Part shown: positions 12,343 to 25,353 of the stretch, piece after piece
How the letters are laid out: each line of letters starts with the position of its first letter
Position numbering within the stretch: the first letter of the stretch is position 1
Assembly (NCBI GenBank): GCA_046563655.1
Contig: CM102285.1
Span: forward strand, 2,232,001 to 2,296,000
From: Yuukianura sp. NJ FZ-2021
Taxonomy: Eukaryota
DNA length: 64,000 bases
Direction of reading: 5' to 3'
Position numbers and translations under genes: made by a program
Notes under the pieces: model-generated
What the model was told of the DNA's origin: nothing
Seen by the model: the letters and a program-made list of their open reading frames with translations, nothing else
The model's database searches: none

Positions 12343-12938
12343 TGTATTTCATAAATATGAAATAAAAACAAGTCCCTTTAATTTGAAAATCATCACAGTT
12401 TGCTAGACTCCAAAAGGATAAATAAAATACTTTAAAAAATATGCGACACCTCAATTATATTTTCGCCGATTCTTTTTGGAACTATTTTTTTTCTACGTCG
12501 AACTATTTTGCATTGAATTTTTTTTTTGCGACGACTTTGCAGTGGCTGTGAAAAACTAAGTCTACGAGCAAATTTTTTTCGTTGCAGCTTTTTTCAAATG
12601 CTTTTGCTAGCGATATATCTCCGCATAGGTTATTGCTTATATTTGCATGACAATGCAAAAATGAATATGCAGTGATAACCAAATTCATATGAAAACGTAA
12701 TAATAATTTTTTTGACTATAAATAAAATGAAACTATGAATAAAATAAAACTATGAATAAAAATTTGAAAAACGTCAAGGGGTTGGTAACCATACGCCAAT
12801 TTTCATAAAATGCCAGACTTCGACAAACCTATAAATATCTCATTTGCGTCGTAAATTATGTGAAAGACGAAATAGAATAGTAAAATTAGTAGAATCTCGA
12901 AAGAGAAAAGAAATAACACTTTCTCAGTAGACGAAACT

Positions 12939-13652
12939 ATGACGCCGAAAATTATGTTCCTGATATTTGTGACAACACTTTTCTGCGTGGGTTTCTGCGC
13001 CATCTCCCGGTCGTCGTACGAGTTAACGCCAGGCTTGCTAGAAAAGCAGTGTACACAGTGTCGTTGTATAGGAAATGAACCATTGGATCCAAGGAGCGTC
13101 ATTTCCCGAGTGTAGCAACCACGCTCAATTCACTACACCAGCAAATTGAGACTTCAGTTCCTGTCACTCACCTCAATTGGCAAACCCTTAGAAGACGATG
13201 ATGATTTTGAGCGTACCTTTTGTCGTGGAAATACCGCAATGAAAATGCGGCCAAGAAACAAATCTATCGTGACATGGGCAGAGCGTGAGAAGCCTGATGT
13301 AAAAATTCGTTGCAAACATGTCCAGCATCGGTTTCAATGTAAATGGTCAAGAGTCGGATTACTCTACAAAAATTCTACTAATCCCATGCTTAAATCCACC
13401 GCTGACTCTATCTTGGGTAACTACAAGACAAATTGGCAATACGTTTGGGCAGATGACACCACGATGCTGATTACGAGTTGCTTTGGAAAGGAAGGATACA
13501 GTGGATGGCAAGTGAGTTCAACAAAAGAACGACTGAGTAAGCAACAATGGAAAACGATCAAAAAAATATTAAAAGAACTCGGATTCGAAAAATCAGAAAC
13601 CGTGAAAATAAAAAAGAGGTGTAATGAAATTAAGAGAATTAAAACAATTTAA
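12939..13652 (+). pseudogene. Lipocalin-like paralog 5 with a single in-frame TAG
   Basis: ATG at 12939 (MTPKIMFLIF...), TAG at 13113-13115, and the same frame continues intact to 13652. Confidence 0.85.
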
Positions 13653-15718
13653 CATGTATTACAAATATGAAATTAAAAAAACGCTCCTGAATTTTAAAAT
13701 CATCACAGTTTGCTACCAAAACTGTAAGTAACTTCAAAAGTAGAGAAAGCTACTTCACGCATCCATCTTGTCTGTCTGGTCGCCAGTCCGTCCGCAGCGT
13801 CTCTCATTTTCGTTCAGTGGTAGGTTAGGTAAATTTTGAGTTAATGCGCGGGAAACAATTCGTGGGTTCTAGCTCATGCGCAGTTCTCAACCATATAAAA
13901 GCACATAGCATATGCATATGTATTATGTATAGCACTGTGTGGCGAACCAAGGATGTTTTCAAAACAAGTATTTCCTGACTTGTTTCGTGATTGGATAGTT
14001 TCGTGAGGAACATTGTCCTAGGACAATTTAAATTCAAAACCGGTTCGTTTGGTTCCCAAAACGGCAAATCCCAATTCACCACATTTAATTTTTTTCCACA
14101 AAAATTTGCTACCTTAGGAGGAAGAAGGCAAGTCTAACTCTTAAGTAAACACTATGCTCCCAAATTCCTATTTTCATTGCTATCATAAGCATAAGGTCAC
14201 TTCAATTTTTAAGTCATTTTGTATGCAAAGCAAACAACATACAAAACAAATATAATATAACACATTGCGGATTTTTTTTTATTCAGAAACTTCCTACTTA
14301 TAGCAAACTGGTAACTAGTTATACACTAAAAATGCAAATTTGAGGACAAACAAATTTGCGGGAAGGGATTAATCTAACTGTGCTGATTATTTTGCGGCAT
14401 TAAGCCGTACTTGTCACATGACTTAGAATTTTGAAATCACCTTAGAATTTGTCCCGCATTTGACCTTTTATGAAAAAATTGAACTCATTGAATGGTACAA
14501 GAAAAAACAGAAAATTTCCATGTTAGATACGTTTGCAAATACTCGATGAAAAAGTTTTCCTAAGAAATGACCTCGTGGCTCCTCTTAAATCGATTAGTTC
14601 ATGGAGTGCAAACGAATATGAATTGATTTATTTGCTACTTGAAAATGATACAAGGAATCACGAGGCTTGCGTTTGAGAATGAAAATAATTTTAATAGCCA
14701 CTCAAAATCGCTTAATATTTCTGAAAACCACTTGAAGATATGCTCGTCCACTTGCAAATGTAACCGAGTTAAGATTATTTAACGCCGGACTTTACGTTAT
14801 GCAGAAAAAACGAATTGAAAATTTTAACCAGAATTAAGTAGGAAGATTTCCAAATGTTACTTAATGATTTCAACCTAATAACTCAGAATAGAAGCGCTTA
14901 CAAACATTGCTCATTCACAAATTCTATTCTTTTTTTTTTGTAAAGAACTAATTTTTAGTTCAATTTCATTAAAAAGTTACAAGAAATGAGCAAAATTGGA
15001 ATGTTGACGTTGGAGGTGACAATGGACTGTTTCTGGAAATGTTGTCGCCTCAACCTAAGTTGGCCAAGGCTGAAAACAAAATTGAAAAAACCTTAATCAA
15101 ACTAGAACTGACCAAAACACGACACAAAAGTCAATGAACATCAAAAATGAAAAGATGCTTAAACTCCAAAATGCACAAAAGATTTTGTATAACCAAAACG
15201 TCCTTGCCTCTGCGCATGTTTTTGACAGTTAGAGGCCGTTTTGTTGTTAAAAATGGGAACGTCTCCAACTAAGTCGTGATTTCCATTTGTTGCTCAACAA
15301 TTAGCGTGTTCACACCTAATGTTAGGGATGGTTCAGTTGCAGTTCTTGGAAGAACTAGAAGGTAGAAGTAGTGTGGGGATGAGGGGGAGTTAACAACCCC
15401 CTCTTCATTGTACTAAACATCATCATCACTTTCTACTGTGGATTTGCATTAGCATTGTTGTTGGATTTGATTTGTGGTACAAGTGCCTCAACCACTTAAC
15501 TTCTTAACGCAGTCTCTATTTGCAACTTCTGCAATCAAGTTGGCTCAAAATTTGCATTTCCAAATCATGTAACAAACCTGGAAGTTTTCTCTGTGATTTG
15601 CAAAAAAGTCATTTGAATCTTTAATCTTCTATACTGAAAGTGACTCTACTTCCTTTCTTTCACTCTAAATTAGCGTCAAAAATTTGGCGGAATTTTTTTT
15701 CGAAAAAAGTTTTCAAAA

Positions 15719-18700
15719 ATGTCGACAGGAAAAAGTTATTTTGGTGCCATCGACTATGTAGCGGTGGGTCTGACGCTTTTGATTTCCCTTGGAATTGGTT
15801 TGTACCATGCTGTCCGTGGTGGCGGTAAAGAAACGAGTGAAGATCTATTGATGGGCGGTCGAAAAATGAAAGCGTTGCCCATTGCAATGTCAATGCTCGT
15901 CACATACTTTTCAGCAATTTCGATAATTGGTAATTAAGAACCTTGTATGACTTTTTGTAATTGATTTTGAAATTTTTAATTCCAAACTTTGAAATTGAAA
16001 TTCTTAGGCTACCCTGCGGAAATTTATGCCAATGGAATTCAAATATTTTGGATCCATGTTCTCCTAACGTTCATCTGTATCCCGATGGCGGCATTTGTGT
16101 TCATGTCGGTCCTCTACAAACTAAAATTAACAAGCGCCTACGAGGTAATTACAAAAGTCAATTAACTAACAAAAGTCTATTAAGAATTTATGACGTCATA
16201 ATAAATTTTATTAATCCATTGTTGTGACCTTCAGTGTGCATGAATTTTCGCCGACTGTCAGAAGGTGACCCATTAACAATGCACAATTGTTGTCTCATTG
16301 TCAAAAACCAAAAAAATGAAAAATACTCGTTTTATGTCGATGCTGTGCATACAAAATTAAAAATGGTTTTTCAAAATCTAGACACTAAAACGCTAAAACA
16401 ATATATGCATTTTTAATAGGCGTAAAAAAAAAACAATGGCTAAAGTTTTATTCGTTACTGTCATTGCCATTTTTTGCAACATTTGAAACTCCTTAAGACA
16501 ATATTACGAAAAAACTTAACATTTTGGAAACGTTCTAACTTGAAAGTTTTGTTCGCAAATTGCATCCGCCAACTTTTGTAATTCCAGAAAATCAAAATAC
16601 TTTTAATTGAAATAAAAATCCCACTGAAAAAAAAATTGACAAAGTTTGAAAGTCCAATTATTAGCCGGAAATTTTCTAGACGATAAAAAAAAAAGCATAA
16701 TTATGGGTGGAACTGCGTTCCTGGAAATATTTAAAAACTAAAATCATATTGCTTGGGTTAAATTTTTTACACATTTTTTTTTAATTTGATGAAATTTGCA
16801 GTACCTGGAGCTCCGGTTCGATTCTGTAACTGTACGTCGTTTTGCTTCCGGAATATTCATTTTGCAAATGACGATTCTCACGGGCGTGGCTCTCTATGCA
16901 CCTTCAATTGCCCTGGAAGCATTCCTTGGCCTGCCAACATGGGTTTCCATTGTAGGAATTGGAATTTGTGGAACAATTTACACATCAGTTGTAAGTTTCC
17001 CATTTTACATGAGCATGAAAAATACAAAGCACACCAAAATGACACATGACATTGTTAGCTTCAAAGTAAAATTTTGGAACTACATGGCAAACCATGACCT
17101 CGAACTTCAATTATCAACTTGACATGTCCAATGACCATTGTTGTATAACCTGCCCATTGTTGTTCTAGAGATGTCCATTGTTAAAAAAAATTCTGTTAAA
17201 AAAAAACTTCATTTGAATTGAATGCAGGGCGGCCTAAAAGCAGTAGTCTGGACAGACGTATTTCAGTTTTTCCTCATCATCATCGGAATGGTCACAATTG
17301 TCACGCGAGGATTTCTCACGGCAGGAGGCATTGAAGAAGCGTTCATGCGCGCCTATGAACATGGACGACTCGAACTGTTCAAGTACTAAACAATATATTG
17401 AACTTCACATGTTCGAAAACTATTTAAACTGGCGCGCATGTACGAACGCATGGTTGATTTTACACGTTTTACACCTAGTTGGACAGTGGATCCATTTGAG
17501 CGGTACAACACTCTGAACTTTGTCCTTGGCTATGGAATGGCCATTGTTTGTTTTTATGGAACGCATCAGCCGAATGTCCAAAGATACTCCAGTCTCCCAA
17601 CATTCAAGGACGCTCTTAAGTAATAACATTTTAATTAAGCATTCTTTATAACGAGGTGCGTGCAAAATAAGCATTAATAAACTTGTTTATCATGCTAACT
17701 TGTTGTATTTTTGTGAACGACAGAGCCATGGCCTGGAACTCCGTCTTTAAAGAACTGATGAACATCCTGATCATTTGTACAGGCGTGTCAATTTTTGCTA
17801 CTTATGCGACATGCGATCCAATCAGACTCGGGGAAATCAAAAAATCGGATCAAATTGTGCCTTACTTTTTCATTAAAGAGTTGTCATGGATTCCTGGCAT
17901 GATGGGACTGTTCACTTCATGCATTTTCAGTGCAGTCTTGAGGTAGTAAAAAAAAAACCTCCAAAAATGTAATGAAATTTTTGTCTCCTAAGATATATTC
18001 AAGTGAAAAAAAAACAGAAGTACGAATTTTGACAAGTACGATTTATATTTTCAATAGCACGTTATCTTCTGCTTTGAACTCTCTGGCAGCAGTCACATGG
18101 CAAGATTTTCTTTCACGGATGACGTACTTTAGGGACATGACAACAGTGGAGAAAGGCAGAGTGACCTGCGTCTTATGTAAGTTTGGGATACTGCGCATGC
18201 GTAGTGCTGTTTTTATTTTTTCAGTATTGAAAGTTTATCTAATTCGCACAAAAAAAATAAATATAAACAATATTTTTGAGTAGCTTGTGCGTTTAATACA
18301 GTCAACATAAGGTATTTCTCTTTAATTAAAGAAAAATTAATTTTACCTGAAATTTGCACAGACAATATGAAACAATATAGCATATCGAAGATGAGTTTTT
18401 TTTTTAAATTGTTGATCTATTTTTTTTTAAATTTTTTAGCATTTCATTTAGAATTTGTTTTTTTTTTTTTTGCAGCCGGACTTTATGGAATTGCCACCAT
18501 TGGCCTTGCATTTGTGGCCGGTCAATTCGGGTCAATTTTTCAAGTAACCATTACTGTTATTGGAGCCTTTGGAGGAGCTCTGGGTGGTACCTTTATCATG
18601 GGCATTTTCTTGCCATGCGTCAACAAAGTCGGCGCATGCGTAGGAATGGTCCTAGGCCTCTTCAGTACTGCATTCCTAACCTACCAAGCGTTTATTCTCA

Positions 18701-19234
18701 AAGTTCCTTATGCCACTCTGCCTACATCTATTGAAGGATGCCCGGCAGATTCAAATTTTACAATGGTAGCAAATGCCACGCAGATGCCAGAATAGTAAGT
18801 TCAACATCCAAAGCAAAATATTTCATACTTCAAAGAAAACAGAAGAAAAGTGTTAAGTTGGCTAATTTTTTTTCTCTTTTTGCAGTGAATGGCCAACTAA
18901 AATTTATACAGTTTCGTACATTTTGTACCCATTCATCGGTTCCATGGTGACGATTGTAATTGGAGTGCTGGTCAGTTTACTCAGCAAGTGCTTTATTGAA
19001 TCACCACCAGATTCCTGCTACGACTACGTTCATCCTGTAATCAAAACACTATGTGGTATCAGCCCATCCGAAGAAAAACCAAAACTGGGGCCGATGAGCA
19101 ACGGAAAAACAGTCAGTCATTTGTGCAAAAAACCAACTGAAAATTATGGACTTCCTTGTTACGAATTTGGAGATCCGAATGTCATGGGTCTTAAAATAAT
19201 TCGGAGGGGGTCTTTAGAGAGAAATAAAGTATAA
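15719..19234 (+). CDS. SLC5 sodium:solute symporter (SMVT/SMCT-like), 9 exons
   Basis: Exons 15719-15929, 16008-16144, 16802-16990, 17228-17382, 17479-17619, 17724-17942, 18058-18176, 18476-18794, 18886-19234, all GT-AG. Motifs GGRKMKALPIAMS, YEYLELRF, GGLKAVVWTD, QPNVQRY, STLSSALNSLA. Confidence 0.93.
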
Positions 19235-19679
19235 ATTAATAAAATAATGAAATGCAAATACATTAATATAATGCATTACGCAATAATCACCTGCTACACT
19301 GTGGTTGACGTCACGGCAAAAGATTGAGTATCAGACTTTGGGTCAGCAAACATTCAATTTTACGCATGAAACTAATCGGCACGTTGGCAAAATATTTATT
19401 AAGTCCGCGCTTTTAGATCATACAGTAAGAGTGAAGAACTAAATAAACAATATGCATGAGTGGATTTAACAATTTGTGTTGCACAAGGCAAAAATGAGTT
19501 GAATTTTGCAACAACTTCCACTAGTACTAAACGTCATGTTTACAACGTAGTACAAAATTTTACAAAAATCTACTTTTCTGGCACATAGGTACATTTTCCA
19601 AGTTCAACCTGCATTAAACTTCAAAATGAAGCATAGGACACAAGAAATTATCATTCTTTGGTAATTTAAAAAAAAAAGT

Positions 19680-22420
19680 TTATATTTCATAAACCACAGG
19701 CGCTGGTATAATCACTGCGTCGTGGTACTTCATCATGATTTCGCGGTATTGCTTCACCTGAAATTATAATATTATTTTTGTACAATTAAATTTATATCGT
19801 CGTCCATTGGCAGGCAGTGCATTATTTAGCATAATTTTGTTTGAATTAATAACTGAACTACATGTTGAAAGTGAAATGAGCAATCACTCACTTCGTCAAA
19901 GCGTATAAAACTGAATTCCATTCTTTGAAGCTGTCGTAGTTGTCCAGCATACATGAAAACCTCCCATTGAAGTTAGTTGGGGAGACCCCCCTGGGCCGAA
20001 GGCCCAGGGGGAGACCCCCGACCTAAAAAATTTCCCCCGACCCTCTGATCACCTAAATTTGACCTCCGACAAACCGGGTCCTCACCTAAATTTGACCTCC
20101 GACAAACCGGGAGGTCTCCCAAATCGCTTCTTTTTGTGCCAATCTTCAAAATTTTCTCGCGCCTTCGGCGCGATTGCTACTTTCCGGTGAAATCTGAGGG
20201 TCTCCGCTTCGTTTTTGCCTTCCTAATTTCAAAAATTTTTGGCGCCTACGGCGCAAATCAATGTCACCAATGAAATCTAAGGGTCTCCGCTTCGTTTTTG
20301 CCTCCCTAATTTCAAAATTTTCTGGCGCCTACGGCGCAAATCATTGTCACCAATGAAATCTAAGGGTCTCCGCTTCGTTTTAGCCTCTCTAAATTCAAAA
20401 TTTTCTGGCGCCTACGGCGCAAATCAGCGTCACCAATGAAACTAAAGGGTCTCCGCATCGTTTTCACCATCCCAGATTAAAAATTTGCTCGCGCCATAGG
20501 CGCGAATATTGCGTCCCCACAACACACTGTGCTGTGACTTAGTGACTGTGATTTTTTGGCGTGTGCTTCCAAAAAATGAGGAATTATCGCAAACCAATGT
20601 CGTTTTGCCGGCCGCAGGCCGGCAAATCGACAAAAAAAATGGGAGACCCCCCTTGGGCGGGGTCGGGAGACCCCCTTGAGTACTAGGGAGGTTTTCATGT
20701 ATGTTGTCCAGTTCTGCTAGCGTAAATAACTCCCTTCCAACACTCAATGTTTTCCCCGGAAAATTTCAAATGTGTCAATACTAAAACATAAACCAACACG
20801 TTATTAAATTAATCATATCAATACTATTATACTATATAAATAAATTAATACTAAAGAAATGAAGGTTTACACGGCAACTCTCGGAAGGATTCCATCGAAT
20901 CCGATGTTTCCTGTATTCCTAGCTCAACATTGCAAATTTCGTTGTTTGGTACATATTTAGTTCCGCCTGTTAGGTTGTTCCAGTGATCTATTGCAACATG
21001 GTCCTGGCTCTCCGAATGAGAAATGCAAATGTGCAGTTTGGTTAACTTTGAAAATCGAAAAATCCCCTTCAAAGTTTCAGAAACAACTTCCAAGTCTTGA
21101 ACATTTGGTAGTATTAATGGCCACTGTTGAACCTCTTCTGCAGATTTTAAACTGATGCTTGCACATTTGACATTTGGAAAAATGCATCCGGAAAAACTGA
21201 GTTGATTGGTCATGTTACAACTCCTGCAATCCAGAGTGGTGAGATATGGAAATTTGGTCGGTTGAATATTTTGCTGTTGAACTACAGGACAGTGCAAATA
21301 ATGAACCTTCAAACAACGCAAACGTGCTATAGAATGAAGCGGAATGGCTATCGGCACACCATACTGCCGGTAACGATTAACGTCTATAATCCAGTAGCGT
21401 TGGACTACGACAGAAAGTTTGCGCAAAAACGCCAGTTTCTCAATCCATTTTGTCAGTATGTCCAGTGTTGGTAATTGTTCTAAGCAGGCTCCTCCCGGAA
21501 TTAACACCAACTTCAATTCTACAATTCCGAGTTTTGTTGAAATTGCGACCAAGGTCTTTAGCTCATCTATACTCTTCACCGGTATGAAAAGTGTCAGCGA
21601 CAACTTTTTTATGTGAACGGTGCCGTTGGTTCTTCTGTGTAGCAGATTTAAAAGGCTTGTCACAGGTTTAAGTGGTCCAAATTTACATTTCCGACTTTTA
21701 ATTGTAACACTACGGAGATTTGGAGCCTTTTGAAGAATTTGATCAAGAAGAGGAAGGAAGTCGGGATTGGCTGGTTCGCCGAAGTATGTAATGTTGATCG
21801 TCTTTAAATAGATAAGACTAGGAACATTCATAAACTTGCCAATTTCCTCTTCAAAAATGGAGTGGCTGAGTTCTTCCACATTTTTGCAGTTTTCGAATAG
21901 GATCTTAATGTTTTTTGAAACGGAATTTTGTAATAGTGGTTTCGGCAAATTGTCGTACAGTATTTTCCACGCTTTAACAAACTTTCCGAACTTGACACAA
22001 AACTGCTTCAAATGCTTCGAGGTCGGATACGCAAAAAGACTTTCATTAAACCCAAATTTATGAAATGGAATATCTGTTTCGTTTTGCTCAAATGTTGAAA
22101 AAAATTTATCAATGTCACAGGCATTCTTAAGGTCCACTTGAAACCACTTTTGCATGATCGTCGTTGCTAGTTGATTGAAACGCTTACTCACTAGACGTAT
22201 GTGTCCAATATCGATCTTGTTCAAATAACCGATTATATGGAGTAGTACCTAAGAGACAAGTTCTTAAAGAATTATCACATCAATTAATAAGAAGTCATGT
22301 GCCTTGTATTTAAGATCGTCGCGTTTTAGCTAGATAAGTTTAAAGATACGACTTTACAATATCAAACTTCAAATTCTGATTTATTGGTGTTGGGCTTACC
22401 TCATTTGGGATGTCGTCCAT
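19680..22420 (-). pseudogene. F-box/LRR-like gene A, exon 3 interrupted by a MITE
   Basis: Exons 22420-22400, 22248-20871, 20780-19892 (split by the insertion) and 19757-19680. F-box MDDIPNEVLLHIIGYLNKIDIGHIRLVSKRFNQLA. The insertion introduces TGA two codons in. Confidence 0.85.
19948..20703. mobile_element. MITE with 8-bp TSD (P- or hAT-like) and internal ~81-bp tandem repeats
   Basis: Perfect 18-bp TIR catacatgaaaacctccc and TSD ttgtccag (19940-19947, 20704-20711). Paralogous exons lack the insertion. Confidence 0.93.
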
Positions 22421-22810
22421 GTCTTGACTGACTTCAATAAAATGTCGCAACTGATTTGGATTTAGTTACATTTACTTTAAATCTTTATCTTTCGAGATGT
22501 TCTTGCTGGAAGTTCAACCCTGTAACTACATAGCATATATAAAGTTCAGGAGGCTTTGTTAAAAAAAATTAGAAAACGACGACAGTGACAATAACAATTG
22601 GCACCAAGCAGTTGCAATATCTTTTAATAATTTGTTTCCTTTCATCTGATTTCCGGTATCACTAATCCTGAGAAGCTGCAGAAATCAGTTGTGGTTTACG
22701 GTAAGTTTCAAAATTGTACCCTTCAACCAACGCTGAGTTCAAATGCCAAATCTCCTTTATCAGTCTGCCACAGTGACTCAAAAGCAATGGAACCCCTATC
22801 TAACACATAT

Positions 22811-23090
22811 GCTACTTTATGTTTATGCCAATGCCTGTCTGTCTGTCCTTCCCTCCGTCCGTATGCCTGTCTACGCGCCTCTATAACTCTGAAACCGCTG
22901 GACCGATTTTCATTCTGTCTGCACAGCTGAACTTTGCATCATTTTGGGGGATGATTAATTTGTTTTCGGCGTGAACGGAACAGGACAACTTCCGGGTCAA
23001 AGGTCAAGGCGAAGTACTTTCTTGACTGAAATCGAAAAAGTGAGGTTTATTATCCGAGTGCAAGTAGTAAGTTGTAATTTTGAAAACAGA
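22811..23090 (+). mobile_element. Truncated Helentron-associated element (HINE/DINE-1-like)
   Basis: gctacttta start, GTCY microsatellite, and aaccgctggaccgattt and cttccgggtcaaa blocks shared with 23800-24660. Confidence 0.55.
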
Positions 23091-23164
23091 AAATGTCGTA
23101 GGTCACCCATTTTTAAAGTTTTTGGTTTCTATTGCCTTTTTGACTCAGAATTGTTTGTTTACAG

Positions 23165-23370
23165 GAGTCGACTCGAAGTATACGAAAAAGCATGTGCCGT
23201 GGATAGTGTTACACGGAAGTGTGCTGGGCCAACATCTCACTGTCGAAATGCCACCGTGGGAATCCTGGGCACAGTTCTCAAAAAGTCCTGTGCATGCAAC
23301 GGAACTGACTACAATCAACTGTATGACTGTCTGGGATGGCAACGAATCCTCTGGGTCAATCCTTGTGTCC
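23165..23370 (+). other. Isolated exon encoding a GDNF-receptor/GAS1 (GFR-alpha-like) Cys-rich domain
   Basis: tttacag acceptor and gtaagt donor. The translation SRLEVYEKACAVDSVTRKC...CRNA...GILGT...CAC...C...ILWVNPCV has the GDNF/GAS1 cysteine pattern. Confidence 0.8.
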
Positions 23371-23799
23371 GTAAGTTCCTTTTTTTTCTCAATCGGTAAA
23401 CCACCAGCTCCAGTCATCTCATGACTGGAGCTGGTGGTTTACTGGCTCCTGTAATTTCAGGCTCTTTGTATGACCTTTGTGGATTTTCGAATACATTGTT
23501 GTTTATTGTTGCAACACATTCAACACTGGTGTGTTTCAAAAACTCGTTCCTTTAAATTGTTAAATCTACAAAAGTTGTTCACTACATGGAGTTAAGCAAC
23601 TTTTTTTACAGGTTACCTTGACCCTTCACTTACAGTTTCGGAGGTATAGTCGCCAAACGTTGCTAAATTGCGTTGTTCCTGCTATGTGCATCTTTAAGTA
23701 TGGAATCACTGGACCGATTATACAAAAGTGGACAGTTTCCGCGCTATGCAACTCGTTTTTGTTTCGCTACTTACAGAGGTTTACTATTTACCATTTATT

Positions 23800-24660
23800 A
23801 AGTAGCTTTAGCTACTTTATAAAAGCGTTTTCGTCCGTCATCGCGTTTTCCGTCCTAGACCCATAAGGAAAGCCTGTCCGTCATCGCGTTTTCCGTCCTA
23901 GCATAGGGATCACCATTGTAAACGTGGTGAAAATGTGAGACAAATTATCTCGGAAACTACTGGATCGATTTTGCTCCAGTTTTTTCTAGTGACTATCTCA
24001 TGACCCGGACATGGTCACTATTGAATATTATCCCGGTGTGTCGACTCCTTCCGGGTCAAAATCTATTTCAAAGGTCACGTGAATTTATGCATTGAGGAAG
24101 TGTGGGTAAAAAAACGCTGCTTGTGAGACTGGAAATGCAATTGGCATGGGAGTTGGTTCTCTGCTGAGCAAAAAATCTATTACGCAGTTGACTACATACT
24201 CATGCACTGTGTCCAGTGTCCATTCCTTCCATCCGTTTCTTCTGCTGTTGCGTCGTCCGTAACCCACCTCCACATCTGTCACTTGTCACACCTCACTTGT
24301 CACCTGTCACACTTCATCTGTCACCTGTCACATTTCACCCGTCACATGTCACGCGTCACCAGTCACACGGGAAAGTGGGGGGAACAACCACCCCCTCTCC
24401 CCCGGGGCACCCACCCCCTCTCCCCCGGGGCACCCACCCCCGCGCTCCCTGGGGTGCGGAGCGAAAAAGTGGGGGAACACTCCCACTCCCCCCGGAGGGG
24501 CGGGAAAGTGGCGTAACACACCCCCGCGCTCCCTGGGGTGCGGAGCGAAAAAGTGGGGGAACATACCCCCACTCCCCCTGGGCGCTGATTAAGTCCTGTT
24601 TGTTTAAAAAAAACACCCAAACGCTAAAGCTACTTTTTTATGTGCGGTTTACAACCGGTT
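23800..24660 (+). mobile_element. Helentron-associated element (HINE/DINE-1-like)
   Basis: 13-bp subterminal inverted repeats aagtagctttagc (23800-23812) / gctaaagctactt (24623-24635), a 5' palindrome, GTCC repeats, internal tgtcac and GC-rich repeats, a 3' stem-loop cggtttacaaccg and T-rich flanks. Confidence 0.75.
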
Positions 24661-25353
24661 TATTTATTTGTCACTGATAATCTGCTAAAATAATTGTTGT
24701 ATGGTTGGTAGGGAAAAAGTACTTCGTGAAATTATTGATGTATTGGATGATGTGTTGACGATTTTAAGTTAGTTTAAGTTAAGATCTCTAAAGTGTAATT
24801 AACAAATTGAGAGGGCAGAGGATAATTAAGTAGAATTCGTAAAATTGTTAAGATTTTTAAAATTGCTAAGAGTTAAGTCAAACTTTACACCACTGAATAA
24901 TGCTTAATCAGTGGTGTATAGTTAATTAATTTGAAAATTTGTCTTCGGGTAAAAATGGACTCATAAATTTGACCTCATGTTCTGTTACAAATTGAGTTAA
25001 AAATTTGAATTCCAAGAACTGTTCACAGTCTATTTTTGCATTATTTATATATATTTGCTTATTTCAAGGCAATTATACATATTGTGAGAAAAACCTTGGT
25101 CGTTCTGGTTCTTAGAACTATTTTTTTGTTATTTTCGTAAATTTATCGGAAAACTGAGCCGTTTTAACCAAAACTTATAACCATGACCTTCCAACTGCCA
25201 AACTCTGAAACACGAGGCAAAGATGAATAGTTACAGGTGCGAGAAACCAATAAAGTTTTTCATTCTATATAAATTGGATAACTTTAGGTGATACAATCGT
25301 ATAACTTTTTTGAAATGCTACGGGAAACCATACCTAAACATAGCGCTTAAAGC

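Noticed and set aside
24085-24677. Several Pro/Gly-rich ORFs on both strands
   Set aside because: They arise from GC-rich repeats inside the HINE.
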